From the NCBI GenBank assembly GCA_031362565.1, contig JANLSU010000014.1, positions 32,001 to 96,000 on the forward strand: 64,000 bases of DNA, read 5' to 3'. Below the pieces are notes generated by a model. That model worked only from the letters and a program-made list of their open reading frames with translations. It ran no database searches and was not told where the DNA came from. Origin of the DNA: a bacterium. GTDB taxonomy: Bacteria; Krumholzibacteriota; Krumholzibacteriia; G020349025. Of this stretch, positions 12,563 to 22,164 are shown piece after piece. Both the position numbers and the translations under genes were made by a program. Each line of letters starts with the position of its first letter. The first letter of the stretch is position 1.

Positions 12563-13131
12563 CGGCAACGTGGCGGCAGGAAGCGGGACGCAAGTCCGTC
12601 CACCTGTCGATGGCGGCGCTGCCCGCCTGGATTTACTGGGCGCCGCCGCCGTGGACCGTGCGTGGCCCCGTCCTTGCATTTCTCGTCATCCTGGCGATCG
12701 ACGTGTTGCGTCTTGGCTCGGCACGGGCCGGCGGGTTCTTCGCACCGCGGATCGGTGCGTACCTGCGTCCCGACGAGCAGCACGGACTCATTCGCGTCCA
12801 CGCGCTGACCGCAGCAGCAGCGTTGCTGGCCTGGGTAGCGCCGCCGGCAATCGCCGCCGTCGCGGTTGCCGACGTGGTGTTTGGTGACGCGGCCGCGGCA
12901 CTCGTCGGACGCCGTTTCGGACGGCACCGGATGGGGCGCAAGAGTGTCGAAGGCAGCGCGGCGTGCTTTTGCACCTGCTTCGCCGTCGCCGCCCTGGCGT
13001 TCCCGGAGCGGCTCGGCGCCGCGGCCGGCAGTGCCCTGGTGGCGGCCGTGGTGGAAGCGTTGCCGCTGCCGGTCGACGACAATTGGACGATGCCGCTTGC
13101 CGCGGCCGGCGCACTGGCGCTGCTTCTCTGA
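12559..13131 (+). CDS. Membrane CTP-dependent diacylglycerol/polyprenol (phytol/dolichol) kinase-family protein
   Basis: RKSVH, GDAAAALVGRRFG, KSVEGS, VDDNW motifs; hydrophobic; GTGA overlap with the upstream gene. Confidence 0.78.
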   Translation: MTATWRQEAGRKSVHLSMAALPAWIYWAPPPWTVRGPVLAFLVILAIDVLRLGSARAGGFFAPRIGAYLRPDEQHGLIRVHALTAAAALLAWVAPPAIAAVAVADVVFGDAAAALVGRRFGRHRMGRKSVEGSAACFCTCFAVAALAFPERLGAAAGSALVAAVVEALPLPVDDNWTMPLAAAGALALLL

Positions 13132-13141
13132 GGAGAATCTC

Positions 13142-14086
13142 GTGTTTCTGCGCCGAGTTCTGCGTTTCGTACCGCGTAGTGTCGCGGGCCGCGCCCTCGC
13201 CGCGTACGGACGCGGCGATTTCGAAGCCGCGTCGCAGCTCTTCGACGAAATCCTCGCTGCGACCCCCGAGCCGCCGGCCGACTTGGTGCTCTGTGCGTGC
13301 GAGTGCGCCCTCGAAATCGCCACCCGGCGCGACGCCGCCGGCGATCCGGCCGGCGCGATCCGCGCCCTCGAACGCGCCATCGCCCTGCAGCCGCGGTTCG
13401 CCGATGTGCAACTGCGCCTCGGACGGCTCTGTGAACGCCAGGATCAACTGCACCGGGCCCGCGAGGCGTATCAGCGCGCCCTCGAAGTCAATCCGCGTTA
13501 CTTCGAAGCGCGCCTCAGCCTGGCGCGCTTGCTCATGCAACTCGAAGACCGCACCGGGGCGCTCGTTCAGCTCCACGAAGCGGCGCGCAGCGGGCCCGAG
13601 GCTGCCGCCAACGACTTGCGGCGCATCCTCCACGACCTGCCCGGCACCGATACCGGCTCGCCGACCGTGCGCCCGCGCTTGGTCGCCAAGATCGACGAAT
13701 TGCTGGCCGGCCCCCAGTCGCCGGTGGCGGCGGCAGTCGAGCGCGCCCGCAATTTGTTGCGCTCGGGCGACAACGTCGCCGCGATTCACGAACTGAAAAC
13801 ACTCCTCGCCGCCCACCCGGAGTTTCCCGATCTGCACAACTTGCTTGGCATCGCCTACGACAACGAAGAAATGACCGACGACGCGATCGAGGAATTCGAA
13901 CATGCGCTGCGCATCAACGCCGCGTATCACGACGCGCGCCTCAATTTGGGCCTCGCGTTGGTCGAACGCGGCCGCGATGCCGAAGCGGAGCGCCAGTTGC
14001 GTGCGGTCGCCAACGCGCCCACCGGCAGCCAAGTCGCACGCGATGTTCTCGCCCAAATTGCCGCGCGGAGTGCCGCCGCACACTGA
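13142..14086 (+). CDS. Tetratricopeptide repeat protein
   Basis: Repeated TPR units (AIALQPRFAD, ALEVNPRYFEAR, HPEFPDLHNLLG, ALRINAAY); AGGAG RBS at 13131. Confidence 0.82.
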   Translation: MFLRRVLRFVPRSVAGRALAAYGRGDFEAASQLFDEILAATPEPPADLVLCACECALEIATRRDAAGDPAGAIRALERAIALQPRFADVQLRLGRLCERQDQLHRAREAYQRALEVNPRYFEARLSLARLLMQLEDRTGALVQLHEAARSGPEAAANDLRRILHDLPGTDTGSPTVRPRLVAKIDELLAGPQSPVAAAVERARNLLRSGDNVAAIHELKTLLAAHPEFPDLHNLLGIAYDNEEMTDDAIEEFEHALRINAAYHDARLNLGLALVERGRDAEAERQLRAVANAPTGSQVARDVLAQIAARSAAAH

Positions 14087-14315
14087 CACGGTAGCGAACT
14101 GGTGCATTGCATCGATTGCCGAATTCGTCCACACACTTCGATATCGCGGGTCTGGATTCCACGCACGCGTGACTGGAACACGTCTGCGTGCGGGTGCGCG
14201 TTGTCCGTGCGACAAAACTCTTGTGTCCAGTCGTTGCGGCGCGTTAAGAACGGAACGTGATTGGTGTCGGCGCACCTTGGCGCCGTGGGTTGTTGGGGAT
14301 CGAAGTCGGGGTGGG

Positions 14316-16226
14316 GTGGTGCGAGTGTTGAATCTGTTCCGTCTCCGTGTCGAAGCTGGTGAGTCACAGCCGGATCGCTTGACTTTCGTGGATGATGGCG
14401 GGCCCGAGCGCGAATCGAGCCTGGCCGTTCTGGTGCAGTGGCGCGATGCGTCGCTGCAAAAGTCGCTCGAAGCGGTTTTTGACGAATTCGTGCGCGAGTA
14501 TCGTGAATCGACCGCGATCGTATCACCCGGTTCTTTCCTCGAGAGATTGGTGCATTCCCTCGACGCTGCATTCGGTACGCTCGAACCCGAAGCGCTGGAT
14601 GCAATGGACGTGGCGGTGGCGCTGTGCTGCGGCCGCGGTTTGTATCTGTTGCATTCGACCGGTTTCGAGCCGCGTTGCGCGCTCGACGGCAGCCCCCAGC
14701 CGCTGGTTTCTTCGATGCGCGTCCGCGTCAAGGATCTGTCGCCGGCCACCATGCGCAGCGGCCACCTGTGGAGCGAGGCGCTCGTCGAACGCCTCAAGCT
14801 CGTGCGCGTCTTCTTCGAGGACGACGACCGCGCGACACTGTGGCTCGCGCCCGCCGATACGGCGCTCGACACCGACCCGTTCGGTGCCGATCCCGACCAC
14901 GAGCCGCGACTCGTCGTCGACAAGCAGCCCGCCGCCGAAGGCGAACTGGTCGGTGCGGCGATCGACAGCACGTGGCCGGATCTCGACGAGGGCGTACGGC
15001 GGGATCGCAGCACGCTCTCTTATGTGGCGCTCGGCCTCGTCGTGCTCTTTTTCGGCGGCGCCCTCTTCGGCATGTGGCGCTGGCAGCATGCCGGGCGCTC
15101 GAATCCGCGTGGGGCGGAGAGCCTGTATTCGGAAGCGGTCGATGGCACTGTCACACCGCGCACCGACAATGCGCGCGTCTCTTCGGAAGTCATCGACGGC
15201 GAACACGGCCGGACGGATGGCGATGCCCAGGCGGCGCACGCCGATGTTCCCAAGGGTGCGCTGAGCGTCCTGTGGTCCAAGCATCACTCGGATTGGGTGA
15301 CCTCCTCACCGCGCGAGGCGGGCGACGATCGCGTCGTGTACGGCTGCCGCGACGGCCACCTGTACGCCGTCGACCACGACGGTGAAATCAAGTGGGACTA
15401 CGACTCCGGTGCGGGCATTGGTGCGACGCCGGCGGTCGACGACGGCAAGGTGTTCTGCGGCAACTACGGCGGCCGCGCCTTCGCGGTCCGCGACAAGGAC
15501 GGCAAGGAAGCCTGGAGCGTCGAACTGGGTTCGCGTCTCGTGGCCAGCCCGACGGTCGGTAAGAAGCTGGTGTTCTTCGCGACGCAAGCCGGCGAGATCG
15601 TGGCGTTGAAGAAGAAGGATGGCAAGTTGGAGTGGCGTCACGAGGCGGGCGGCAAGTTGCGTGCAACACCGCTGGCGGCGGACGATAATCTCTTCGTCCC
15701 GGCCGGCGACGGCGCGCTGCTATGTTTCAAGCAGTCCTCCGGTGAAGTGCGCTGGACGTATGACGCGGGCGCCCTCGTGACCTCGAGTCCGTTGCTCGCC
15801 GACGGGCGTCTGGTGTTCGGGTGCAAGAATGGCACCGTGCACGCGATTGCGGTCAAGGACGGCGCCGTGCTGTGGCAAGTGCGGACCAAGGGCGCCGTGC
15901 AAGCGACGCCTGCCGAAGGCAACGATCTCGTGTTCATCGCGAGCACCGACCGCCGCGTCTACGCCGTACGCGCCAAGACCGGCGACATCGCCTGGTCGTT
16001 CCCGACCAAGGCGACGATTCTCGCCTCGCCGTGCGTGCAGGACGGGCGCGTGTACGTCGCGGCCTACGACCAGAACACCTACGTCCTGGATGGCGCGAGC
16101 GGCCGGCAGATCGCCAAGCTGCACCTCAAGTCGGCCATCTACTCGTCGCCCCTGGTCGTCGCCGGCCGGATCTTCTGCGGCTCGAACGACGGCACGATGT
16201 ACTGCCTGAGCGACGTGCGCAACTGA
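14316..16226 (+). CDS. Membrane protein: divergent N-terminal domain, one TM helix, C-terminal PQQ-like (BamB-type) beta-propeller
   Basis: TM YVALGLVVLFFGGALFGMW; repeated SSP/ATP...YAVD..G..W PQQ-type blades. Start codon uncertain (GTG 14316 or 14319). Confidence 0.78.
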   Translation: MVRVLNLFRLRVEAGESQPDRLTFVDDGGPERESSLAVLVQWRDASLQKSLEAVFDEFVREYRESTAIVSPGSFLERLVHSLDAAFGTLEPEALDAMDVAVALCCGRGLYLLHSTGFEPRCALDGSPQPLVSSMRVRVKDLSPATMRSGHLWSEALVERLKLVRVFFEDDDRATLWLAPADTALDTDPFGADPDHEPRLVVDKQPAAEGELVGAAIDSTWPDLDEGVRRDRSTLSYVALGLVVLFFGGALFGMWRWQHAGRSNPRGAESLYSEAVDGTVTPRTDNARVSSEVIDGEHGRTDGDAQAAHADVPKGALSVLWSKHHSDWVTSSPREAGDDRVVYGCRDGHLYAVDHDGEIKWDYDSGAGIGATPAVDDGKVFCGNYGGRAFAVRDKDGKEAWSVELGSRLVASPTVGKKLVFFATQAGEIVALKKKDGKLEWRHEAGGKLRATPLAADDNLFVPAGDGALLCFKQSSGEVRWTYDAGALVTSSPLLADGRLVFGCKNGTVHAIAVKDGAVLWQVRTKGAVQATPAEGNDLVFIASTDRRVYAVRAKTGDIAWSFPTKATILASPCVQDGRVYVAAYDQNTYVLDGASGRQIAKLHLKSAIYSSPLVVAGRIFCGSNDGTMYCLSDVRN

Positions 16227-16233
16227 GGGACGG

Positions 16234-16263
16234 GGCCCGCGGCCGCGCTGGCAGCCGCGGGCC
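16234..16263 (+). terminator. GC-rich hairpin after the PQQ-propeller gene
   Basis: GGCCCGCGGC (16234-16243) / GCCGCGGGCC (16254-16263), a perfect 10-bp inverted repeat; weak U-tract. Confidence 0.45.
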
Positions 16264-16269
16264 TCTGCC

Positions 16270-16299
16270 TTGACAGCCGCCGCCAAGCGGTCCTAGCAT
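16270..16299 (+). promoter_or_regulatory. Sigma-70-type promoter of the cold-shock gene
   Basis: TTGACA (16270-16275), 18 nt, TAGCAT (16294-16299). Confidence 0.65.
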
Positions 16300-16349
16300 C
16301 CGCGCGGTTCGAGTCGATGTTTCGTGGGCTTCCACGCACGGGAGGTTCC

Positions 16350-16556
16350 ATGGCGAACGAAATCGGCAAGGTCCGCTGGCTGAGCGAGCGGCTCGGGTAC
16401 GGTTTCATCGAACGCGACGACGGCAGCAGTTACTTCGTGCACTACTCACAGCTGCTCCGCCGCGACCCCAGGCCCCTCCGGGCCGGTGAACAGGTAGAAT
16501 TCGAGGTTCGAGTCGGTACCCGAGGTCCTCAGGCAACCAATGTGGTGCGCGCCTAG
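16350..16556 (+). CDS. Cold-shock domain protein
   Basis: GKVRW...GYGFI (RNP1), YFVHYS (RNP2), GPQATNV; GGAGG RBS. Confidence 0.9.
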   Translation: MANEIGKVRWLSERLGYGFIERDDGSSYFVHYSQLLRRDPRPLRAGEQVEFEVRVGTRGPQATNVVRA

Positions 16557-16604
16557 GACCTCGTAACGCTTTCGGCCCCACCGGGTTGCACCGGTGACTG
16601 ACGT

Positions 16605-16663
16605 GCGCCTGCCGCACTCGCCCGGGTAAGTCTTCCCAGGCGAGGGGCAGGCGCCGTAGTTTT
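16605..16663 (+). terminator. Long hairpin, probable terminator of csp
   Basis: GCGCCTGCC/GGCAGGCGC and CTCGCC/GGCGAG stems, followed by CGTAGTTTT. Confidence 0.5.
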
Positions 16664-16671
16664 GCTACTGT
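16663..16671 (+). promoter_or_regulatory. Possible extended -10 element upstream of secA
   Basis: TGcTACTGT fits TGnTAnnnT. Confidence 0.35.
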
Positions 16672-16767
16672 GCCTCCTCCAGGCACGACGGGTCTGGCCG
16701 TTGCACGGTGCGCCCCCGTATGCTTCAACGTCCTCGGCCGACAGGCGCCGGACCCTTGGGAGACGGA

Positions 16768-19700
16768 ATGCTCGCGAAGGTTTTCGGAAAAGTCTTCAAG
16801 TCAAAGTCGGAGCGTGACTTCCGCCGCATGCAGCCGGTGGTGGGCAAGGTCAACGAGTGGTCCCAGTCCTACTTGCCGCTGTCGGATGAGGAGTTGCGGG
16901 CCAAGACATTGGAGTTCCGGGAACGCTTGTCCCAGGGCGCGACGCTCGACGATCTGCTGCCGGAAGCCTTCGCGGTGGTCAAGGATGCTTGCCGGCGCAT
17001 GTGCGGCCGGTCCTGGAATGTCGTCGGCCGCGACACCACTTGGAACATGGTGCCGTACGACGTCCAGCTCATCGGCGGCATGGCGCTCCACGAAGGCCAG
17101 ATCGCCGAAATGGCCACCGGCGAGGGCAAGACGCTGGTCGCCACCATGCCGCTCTATCTGAATGCGTTGAGCGGCCGCGGCGTGCATCTGGTGACCGTCA
17201 ACGACTATCTGGCACGTCGCGACGGCGAGTGGATGGGCGAGATCTTCAAGTTTCTCGGGCTCACGGTCGGCATCATTCAGCAGGGGATGACGCCGCCCGA
17301 ACGCCAGCGCGCCTATGGGTGCGACATCACGTACGGCACCAACAACGAATTCGGCTTCGACTACCTGCGCGACAATATGGCCACGCGGCTCGAAGACCGG
17401 GTGCACCGCGACTACACGGGCGGACTCCCAGGCAAGAATTTCTTCTATGCCATCGTCGACGAAGTCGACTCCGTGCTGGTCGACGAAGCGCGCACGCCGC
17501 TCATCATCGCCGGGCCGGTGCCGGACGCGAACCAGAATTTCGATGCTCTCAAGCCCGGCATCGAGCACCTCGTGCGGCTGCAGAACAAACTCGTCGGCGA
17601 GCGCTTGAGTGAGGCGGAGCGCCTCCTCGAACCGGGACTCGACAAGCTGGACGGCGACGGCGAACGCGAGCTGGGGTTCCAGCTCCTGCAGGTCAAACGC
17701 GCCGCACCCAAGAACAAACAATTCATGAAGCTCGTGAGCCGCGAACCGGCGCTCCAGAGGCTCTTCATGCGCGTCGAGGGCGACCTCATGCGCGACAAGC
17801 AGTTGCACACGGCCGATGAAGAACTTTATTTCGCGATCGACGAGAAGGGCAATACCACCGATCTCACCGAACGCGGCCGTGAGGAACTCTCGGATCGTAT
17901 CCGCCTGCCGCTCACCCTGCCGGACCTGGCGGTGGAACTGAAGCGCATCGAGGATACGCCGGATCTCGACGCCCCCGAACGCATCCGGCGGCTGGAAGCG
18001 ATGTACACCGAATACGCGCAGGCGAGCGACAGCCTGCACGACATCGGCCAGCTCATTAAAGCCTATTCGCTGTTCGAGAAGGACGTCGAATACGTCGTTC
18101 AGGACGGCAAGGTCATGATCGTCGACGAGTTCACCGGCCGCCTCATGCCCGGCCGGCGGTTTTCGGACGGCTTGCACCAGGCGCTCGAAGCCAAGGAAAA
18201 CGTCCATGTCGAACAGGAAACGCAGACGATGGCCACCGTCACCCTGCAGAACCTGTTTCGCATGTACGAAAAGCTCGCCGGCATGACCGGTACGGCGGAG
18301 ACCGAGGCCGAGGAACTCAAGAAAATCTACAACCTCGACGTCATGGTCATCCCGACGCATCAGCCCATTCGCCGCGTCGACTACGACGACTTCGTGTACA
18401 AGACGCGGCGCGAGAAGTTCAATGCGGTCATCGAGGAAGTCGCGCACCTGCACGAACGCGGCATGCCAGTGCTGGTCGGCACGGTGTCCGTCGAGACCTC
18501 CGAAACCCTGTCGCGCATGCTGAAGCGCAAGGGCATCGCCCACGAAGTGTTGAACGCGCGGCAGCACCAACGCGAAGCCGACATCGTGGCGCTGGCCGGC
18601 CAGAAGGGCGCCGTCATGATCGCCACCAACATGGCGGGCCGCGGCACCGACATCAAATTGGGCCCGGGGGTCATCGTCTGCGAGCGCGACGCGGATTACA
18701 AAGGGGCGCGTTGTCCGGCGTGTCCGTTCGGTGCCGGCAAGGCCGGGGCGCCGGGCGGGAACTACAAGCCTCGCGACGGTGAACTCGACGAACCCTGCGG
18801 CCTGCAGATCATCGGCACCGAGCGCCACGAGAGCCGCCGGATCGACCGCCAGCTGCGCGGCCGTGCCGGCCGCCAGGGCGATCCCGGCGCGTCGCGCTTC
18901 TATCTGTCGCTCGAGGACGACCTCATGCGGTTGTTCGGCTCGGAGCGCATCGCCGGCATCATGGACCGGCTCGGCGTCGAGGATGGCGAGGTGATCTCGC
19001 ACTCCATGGTGACGAACTCGATCGGGCGGGCCCAAAAACGCGTCGAGGCGCACAACTTCGACATCCGCGAGCACTTGCTCAAGTACGACGATGTCATGAA
19101 CAAGCAGCGCGAGGTGGCCTACGCCAATCGCTTGGACGCCCTGCGTGGCGCCGATCTCAAGAGCGAGATCATCACCATGGTGCAGTCCTTTGTCGCCGAT
19201 CAATTCAATTCCCACGCCGACGAGCGCGAGTGGAGCGAGGCGAATCTGGACGGCCTGTGGCTGGTGTTGCAGCAGGTGTTCCTGCGGCCGTTCCGTTCGG
19301 ATGACGTCGCGGCCCTGCCGTATGAACGGGCCCGCGAAGAGGTCGTCAACCAGGCGCTGCAGGCGCTCGCCGATCGTGAAACCTTGCTGGGTGCGGATCT
19401 GCTGCGGCAATTGGAACGCTACGCGTACCTGCGCGCCATCGACGACAAGTGGAAGGATCACCTGCGCGAACTGGATCATTTGCGGAGCAGCGTCGGATTG
19501 CGGGCCTATGGACAGAAGGATCCACTCCTCGAATACAAGACCGAAGCGTTTCAAATGCTCGAGGAGATGCTCAAAGAGATTGACAAACAGACGCTGTACT
19601 TCATATTCCACGCCCAAGTTTCGATGCGGCCGCCGGAGATCGAGCGGGCTCGGACCGAGGTCCTGACACCGATTCACAGCGCCGCCTCGAGCGCCTTCGG

Positions 19701-19938
19701 GGCGCAGCCCAGCGGCGCGGCGCCGCCAGCGGGGCGCGGACCGGGCGGACCACCGCTCCCGCCGGTACCGGGCGGCGGGCCGCAGGGTGGCAGGCGCGCC
19801 ATGCGGCCGGGCGCAGCGCCGCCGGAACCGGTGCGGCCGGCGACCGTGCGCAACACCGCGCCCAAGGTCGGGCGCAATGATCCGTGTCCGTGCGGCAGCG
19901 GCAAGAAGTACAAATTCTGTCATGGAACCTCGGAGTAA
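16768..19938 (+). CDS. secA: Preprotein translocase ATPase SecA
   Basis: [71 protein letters not shown]-terminal SEC-C ([18 protein letters not shown]). Confidence 0.98.
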   Translation: MLAKVFGKVFKSKSERDFRRMQPVVGKVNEWSQSYLPLSDEELRAKTLEFRERLSQGATLDDLLPEAFAVVKDACRRMCGRSWNVVGRDTTWNMVPYDVQLIGGMALHEGQIAEMATGEGKTLVATMPLYLNALSGRGVHLVTVNDYLARRDGEWMGEIFKFLGLTVGIIQQGMTPPERQRAYGCDITYGTNNEFGFDYLRDNMATRLEDRVHRDYTGGLPGKNFFYAIVDEVDSVLVDEARTPLIIAGPVPDANQNFDALKPGIEHLVRLQNKLVGERLSEAERLLEPGLDKLDGDGERELGFQLLQVKRAAPKNKQFMKLVSREPALQRLFMRVEGDLMRDKQLHTADEELYFAIDEKGNTTDLTERGREELSDRIRLPLTLPDLAVELKRIEDTPDLDAPERIRRLEAMYTEYAQASDSLHDIGQLIKAYSLFEKDVEYVVQDGKVMIVDEFTGRLMPGRRFSDGLHQALEAKENVHVEQETQTMATVTLQNLFRMYEKLAGMTGTAETEAEELKKIYNLDVMVIPTHQPIRRVDYDDFVYKTRREKFNAVIEEVAHLHERGMPVLVGTVSVETSETLSRMLKRKGIAHEVLNARQHQREADIVALAGQKGAVMIATNMAGRGTDIKLGPGVIVCERDADYKGARCPACPFGAGKAGAPGGNYKPRDGELDEPCGLQIIGTERHESRRIDRQLRGRAGRQGDPGASRFYLSLEDDLMRLFGSERIAGIMDRLGVEDGEVISHSMVTNSIGRAQKRVEAHNFDIREHLLKYDDVMNKQREVAYANRLDALRGADLKSEIITMVQSFVADQFNSHADEREWSEANLDGLWLVLQQVFLRPFRSDDVAALPYERAREEVVNQALQALADRETLLGADLLRQLERYAYLRAIDDKWKDHLRELDHLRSSVGLRAYGQKDPLLEYKTEAFQMLEEMLKEIDKQTLYFIFHAQVSMRPPEIERARTEVLTPIHSAASSAFGAQPSGAAPPAGRGPGGPPLPPVPGGGPQGGRRAMRPGAAPPEPVRPATVRNTAPKVGRNDPCPCGSGKKYKFCHGTSE

Positions 19939-19940
19939 CA

Positions 19941-22145
19941 GTGACGAAATCGCTGGTCATCGTCGAGTCGCCGGCCAAAGCCAAGACGATCAAGAAATAC
20001 CTCGGCAAGGATTACGAAGTGCTGGCGTCCGTCGGGCACGTCATCGATCTGCCCAAGAGTGAACTCGGGGTAGACGTCGACAACGGGTTCGAACCGAAGT
20101 ACGTGACGATCAAGGGCAAGGTCAAGGTCTTGAAGGATCTCAAGGCCGCCGGCAAGAAGGCCGACATCATTCTGCTCGCCACCGACTTGGACCGCGAGGG
20201 TGAGGCGATCGCGTGGCATTTGCAGAACGTGATGCGCGAAGTACAGCCCAACATCCGGCGGATCATTTTCAACGAAATCACCAAACGTGCGATCCAAGAG
20301 GCGGTGCGGCAGCCCGGCGACGTCGATCAGAACAAGGTCGATGCCCAGCAGGCGCGGCGGATTCTCGACCGGCTCGTGGGCTACATGGTGAGTCCGATCC
20401 TTTGGCAGGTCTTCTACTACGGGCTGTCGGCGGGCCGGGTGCAGTCGGTGGCGCTCCGGCTCATCTGCGAGCGCGAACGCGAAATCCTCGCCTTCACGCC
20501 CGAAGAGTTCTGGTCGCTGACCGCCGAGTTGGCCACCAAGGGCACGATCTTCGAAGCCAAACTGCGGCAGTGGAAGGGCGAGAAGGCCGACCTCAAGAAC
20601 AAGGCCGACGTGGATACCGTGCTGGAGGCGCTCGCCAAAGCCACCTACCGCGTCGCCGAAGTGGAATCGAAGGAAAAGCGCCGCAATCCGTATCCGCCGT
20701 ACATCACCAGCACCATGCAGCAGGATGCGGCACGACGCCTGCGGTTTTCGGCCAAGAAAACCATGATGTTGGCCCAGCAGTTGTATGAAGGCGTCGAGCT
20801 GGGCGCCGAGGGCCCGGTCGGTCTCATCACTTACATGCGTACGGACTCGACTCGGATCTCGGACATCGCCAAGCAAGAGGGCGTCGAGCACATCATCAAG
20901 AACTTCGGCGAAGAGTACGTGCCGGAGACGGAGCGCAAGTTCAAGGTCGGCAAAGCCGCGCAGGACGCGCACGAAGCCGTTCGTCCGACATCGGTCGCGA
21001 ACCGTCCGGAGGACGTGAAACAGTTTCTATCTCCCGATCAGTTCGCGCTCTACGATTTGGTGTGGCGGCGCTTCGTGGCATCGCTCATGTCGAGCGCCGT
21101 CTACCAGGTGACCTCGGCCGACATCGCGGCCGCGGACGCGGTGTTCCGCGCCACCGGGTCGCTGCTCAAGTTCGATGGGTACATGCGCGCCTACCCGGAT
21201 GTGCGTGAGAAGGAAGACGGCGAAGGCGTGCTGCCGCCGCTCGAACAGGGCGCGATCGTCGATTTGCAACAGCTCCTGCCGCGGCAGCATTTCACCGAAC
21301 CGCCGCCGCGCTACACGGAAGCGAGCCTCATCCGCGAGCTCGAAGAGCGTGGCATCGGCCGGCCCAGCACCTACGCGACCATCGTCAGCACGATCCAGGA
21401 CCGTGAGTACGTCGCCAAGGAAACCGGCCGCTTCGCACCGACACCACTCGGCGTCGAAGTCTGGGGCGCGCTCGAGAAGAGCTTCCCGGACATCTTCGAA
21501 ACCGACTTCACGGCGCGTATGGAAACCGAGCTCGACAAGGTGGAAACCGGCGAAGACAACTGGCGCCGGGTGGTCGAGCAGTTCTACCGGCCCTTCTCGC
21601 GCGATCTGGAAGCGCTCAAGTCGGACCCCGAGAATCTCAAGCGCCTCGTACAGGCGCGCGCCGCCATCATCTGCGAGAAATGCGGCGCCACCATGATCAA
21701 GAAGTGGGGCCGGAACGGCCCGTTCTTGGCGTGCCCGACGTATCCGGATTGCAAGAACACCAAGTCGGTGGACGGCGAATCGACGGTCGTCAAACTCGGC
21801 AAGCAGTGCAAGTTGTGCGGCGCCGAAATGTTGAAGAAGAACGGCCGCTACGGCGAATTCGGCGCCTGCGAAAAATACCCCGAGTGCAAGTACACCGAAC
21901 CGTTGTCGATCGGCTTGAACTGCCCGACCGAAGGCTGCACCGGCTACCTGACCAAGAAGAAGAGCGGCCGCGGCAAGATTTTCTACGGCTGCAGCCGCTA
22001 TCCGGAATGCAAGTTCGCGTCGTGGGATAAACCGACGGGCGAGAAATGCACCGCGTGCGAGCAGGGCTTCCTGGTCGAGAAGAACACCAAGGCGAAGGGT
22101 ATTTTCAAGAAGTGCCCGGCCTGCAAGGAAGAATTCGTCGACTAG
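19941..22145 (+). CDS. topA: DNA topoisomerase I
   Basis: LVIVESPAKAKTI, ATDLDREGEAI, SAGRVQS, ITYMRTDS, QDAHEA, GIGRPSTY; C-terminal zinc ribbons. Confidence 0.98.
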   Translation: MTKSLVIVESPAKAKTIKKYLGKDYEVLASVGHVIDLPKSELGVDVDNGFEPKYVTIKGKVKVLKDLKAAGKKADIILLATDLDREGEAIAWHLQNVMREVQPNIRRIIFNEITKRAIQEAVRQPGDVDQNKVDAQQARRILDRLVGYMVSPILWQVFYYGLSAGRVQSVALRLICEREREILAFTPEEFWSLTAELATKGTIFEAKLRQWKGEKADLKNKADVDTVLEALAKATYRVAEVESKEKRRNPYPPYITSTMQQDAARRLRFSAKKTMMLAQQLYEGVELGAEGPVGLITYMRTDSTRISDIAKQEGVEHIIKNFGEEYVPETERKFKVGKAAQDAHEAVRPTSVANRPEDVKQFLSPDQFALYDLVWRRFVASLMSSAVYQVTSADIAAADAVFRATGSLLKFDGYMRAYPDVREKEDGEGVLPPLEQGAIVDLQQLLPRQHFTEPPPRYTEASLIRELEERGIGRPSTYATIVSTIQDREYVAKETGRFAPTPLGVEVWGALEKSFPDIFETDFTARMETELDKVETGEDNWRRVVEQFYRPFSRDLEALKSDPENLKRLVQARAAIICEKCGATMIKKWGRNGPFLACPTYPDCKNTKSVDGESTVVKLGKQCKLCGAEMLKKNGRYGEFGACEKYPECKYTEPLSIGLNCPTEGCTGYLTKKKSGRGKIFYGCSRYPECKFASWDKPTGEKCTACEQGFLVEKNTKAKGIFKKCPACKEEFVD

Positions 22146-22164
22146 CCTTTGGTTCGAAGGCACC

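Noticed and set aside
16801..19923. 1040-aa antisense ORF over secA, and similar long shadow ORFs over rpsA, mutS, uvrC and others
   Set aside because: These mirror well-supported genes; codon bias in GC-rich genomes removes stops in the antisense frame, and the translations show no motifs.
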